DNA of 64,000 nucleotides from Perkinsus olseni (Eukaryota): NCBI GenBank assembly GCA_013115125.1, contig JABANN010000058.1, positions 1 to 64,000 of the forward strand, read 5' to 3'. Shown piece by piece: positions 61,674 to 64,000 of this stretch (position 1 is its first letter; each line of letters starts with the position of its first letter). The notes under the pieces were generated by a model. It saw only the letters and a program-made list of their open reading frames with translations, ran no database searches and was not told where the DNA came from. The position numbers and the translations under genes were made by a program.

Positions 61674-63978
61674 CTACCATCCACTTTCTTTCCTCCTGGG
61701 AAGCGGCGGAACATCGGCATCCGTGTCTGGATCGTCCTGCTTCAGTATTGTGAATAGTCTACTAACGTATCCGGTCCCGCGTGGCCCTAGGCTGAACGTG
61801 TTCTGAACGTCTTGTAAAGATATGGAACCATCGCCATCGAAGTCTATCGAGTGGAGAATTCCCACCTAGGGGGACCACAGGTGAGCCGAGGCTTCCGCCG
61901 GGTCGCTTACCCAGTACTCCAGGATCCGATCGCTTGTATCGAACTCCTCAAAGACGTCCCTCATCGTAAGGCGCTGTTGACACAGAGACATCTTGTTTTC
62001 CACGCATGCTGTCCGCAGCATCTCATCTTCGAATACGAAGGGAACAGGCACTCTGTGTAGCTCTCTGCACATCACCCGCCTCACCTGAGGAGGCCACTGT
62101 CATCAGCAGCTGATGATGATCAGCTCAGCAATGGCAAGGATGCTAAGTCCAGGCAGCTAGTGCTGCTTCGATGGGGACGCCCACACCGGAAGCTGATATA
62201 TCACATCCCGCTACATCGGGCGAAATAGCAACCTCAGTTACGCGAGAGGCCATGCCATGCAACCTTTGGGAATCATGCGTGAACATTGCGGGTCATCACG
62301 CTGTCCCTCCCCCGACCATAGGTAGTGATGATCAGCCGTCGACTAGTAGCCGATGATTAGTAGTACCTCAGCCGCATAGAGTGTTGGGTCGTCTTCCTCT
62401 GCAGGAGTAGGGCGATAGATGGGAAGGAATGTTATAGTCTCATAGTTGATGAATTGGCACAACGTTCTGTACAATACTAACAGTATATTATCGTCCAAGT
62501 AGAGGTCGTTGAAGCGGCATGAATAGGATATCCCAATGGGCTGGACCTAAGGCATAGGCGTCCGTATACCAGTGAAAACAGCAGGGAACCGGCCTGTGAA
62601 CCGTGGGTTCGTAAACGAACCCCTCACAGACTGGTGTGACCTAGCATCTCTCGTGAGAACGATAAGCCCCGGCACCTCACTACCGGTAGTCCTGTGTCGA
62701 AGGCTCCCGTCTTGAATTCTGTCATTTGTCTGATATTATTACCTAACAATACCACACCATCCACAACTCCAAATCATCCAACAGGCCTCACATGTTGCTG
62801 TGGGAAACACTATAAGAGGGGGATATCTCTCATCCAGTGCTCTCTCCTTCATGTTCCTCCTCGCAGCTTCACGACCAACCTCAGCTGAAATTGCGACAAT
62901 CCCCGTCCAACTCACGATGCTCCACACTACATCGTCTATCGATGGGCAGAGCACTTAGTACTCTCAGGTAAGTTCCCACCAGCGGCAAATCGAAGACCTC
63001 CGACTTCGCTGCCTCGCAGGCACCCGTGTAGTACCTACGGATCGAATCCAAGTGGTGTTCCAGCGTCTCGTGTGAGAAGCACTCGACGGCGAGCGCACAA
63101 AATTATACACGTTAGAAATGGCAGGATAAATGAGTCACAAGCGAAATGCTCATCAGCCTCACCCAGCCAAGACCTGCTTACATGAGATAAAGAGTATCCC
63201 AGATTGAGTGATGGGTAGACACGTATACCCGCGTCCGTCGGTCGGGACTGCCTTCCACGTTGACCCAGTAGAAACCGGCAACGAACAGTATGATCCTCAC
63301 CCAGAGGAGCATAAAATGAATCTATAACGGGGAATCGACCATGAGGAACTCCCACGACGAGCTAGAGAAGAAACCACTTGCATTGCAGGTGCATTTGGAC
63401 AGTCATAGACAGAGCCTCACGTACGGCGTTCAAAGTTCAAATTCGAGGAGCCTTGAGACTACCAAATGTTTGTTACCAGTGAATTCTGCCCAGACCCAAC
63501 CCCACTACCAATGCCTTCCGCCACCATGCAGTTATCGGCGGCTGGAGGTCTCGTACATCATCCGGCCTTGATACGCCCAGAAGGGCCAACTTAGCAGGGA
63601 TCATACCGAGCACACCGAGGGCCAGGATGATGATCAGCCGCAGAGGGGCTACACCAGTCAAGGTGAACACAATAATCTTCAAATTCTCGTACCTGCCGAA
63701 TTGGTACCGTATGCTGCTCGCGTGTAAGACAAATTAGAATGCACGGGCAAGACATTGATAGTAGGCATTCAAAATCCCGAGGCGAATGTAAACCCTTGGT
63801 CGCCGGCGTCATACTACCTTCCGATGTGTGTGAGTGTCTCGAAAGGGTTGTGGTATCTAGGGTGACTGGACAGCCTGAAAAATCCCTCCTGCTTAGAGGC
63901 TCTCGCCAAAGGCGAATCCTCTTGAGTATCATCGCCATTCAGGAGATGCTCGGTTAGGTCAGAGGATGCCAAAGGCAT
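61674..63978 (-). CDS. Lysophospholipid acyltransferase (LPCAT-like), copy 2
   Basis: VSTHHSIWDTLYLM, YPPLIVFPTAT, FLPIYRPT..E..DPTLYA, EF-hand DFDGDGSISLQD. Exon layout parallels copy 1. Confidence 0.87.
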
Positions 63979-64000
63979 TGCAAAAACTGCGCAAATCACA

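Noticed and set aside
1-64000. Spliced-leader RNA or snRNA genes
   Set aside because: No match seen by eye to the Perkinsus/dinoflagellate-type leader or to U1/U6 cores. A covariance search was not run.

Overview
Eukaryotic, gene-dense genomic DNA with many short (mostly about 40-80 nt) GT-AG introns, most consistent with an alveolate of the Perkinsus type (inference from intron size, the expanded intronless subtilisins and a tRNA-associated Dada-like transposon). The window holds three subtilisin paralogues (two intact, one broken), a mitochondrial carrier, a WRKY19-like Cys/His-repeat protein, five tandem LITAF genes, an EFHC1/Rib72-like DM10 protein, an ILVBL-like ThDP enzyme, a partial SWEET-like transporter, a histidine phosphatase, a JMJD4-like JmjC protein, PP1 inhibitor-3, a large PHD-finger protein and two tandem LPCAT-like acyltransferases. 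Mobile DNA includes a hAT-type MITE nested in a Harbinger-type MITE plus several decayed remnants. The most interesting locus is at about 50.8-56.8 kb. There, a spliced Dada-like DDE transposase gene sits at a tRNA-Pro-like sequence, bounded by a 37-bp direct repeat that includes tRNA anticodon-arm sequence. The locus is flanked by tRNA-Val copies and has an inverted copy of the end motif enclosing one of them. Exon boundaries were read by eye and are approximate. No database searches were run.
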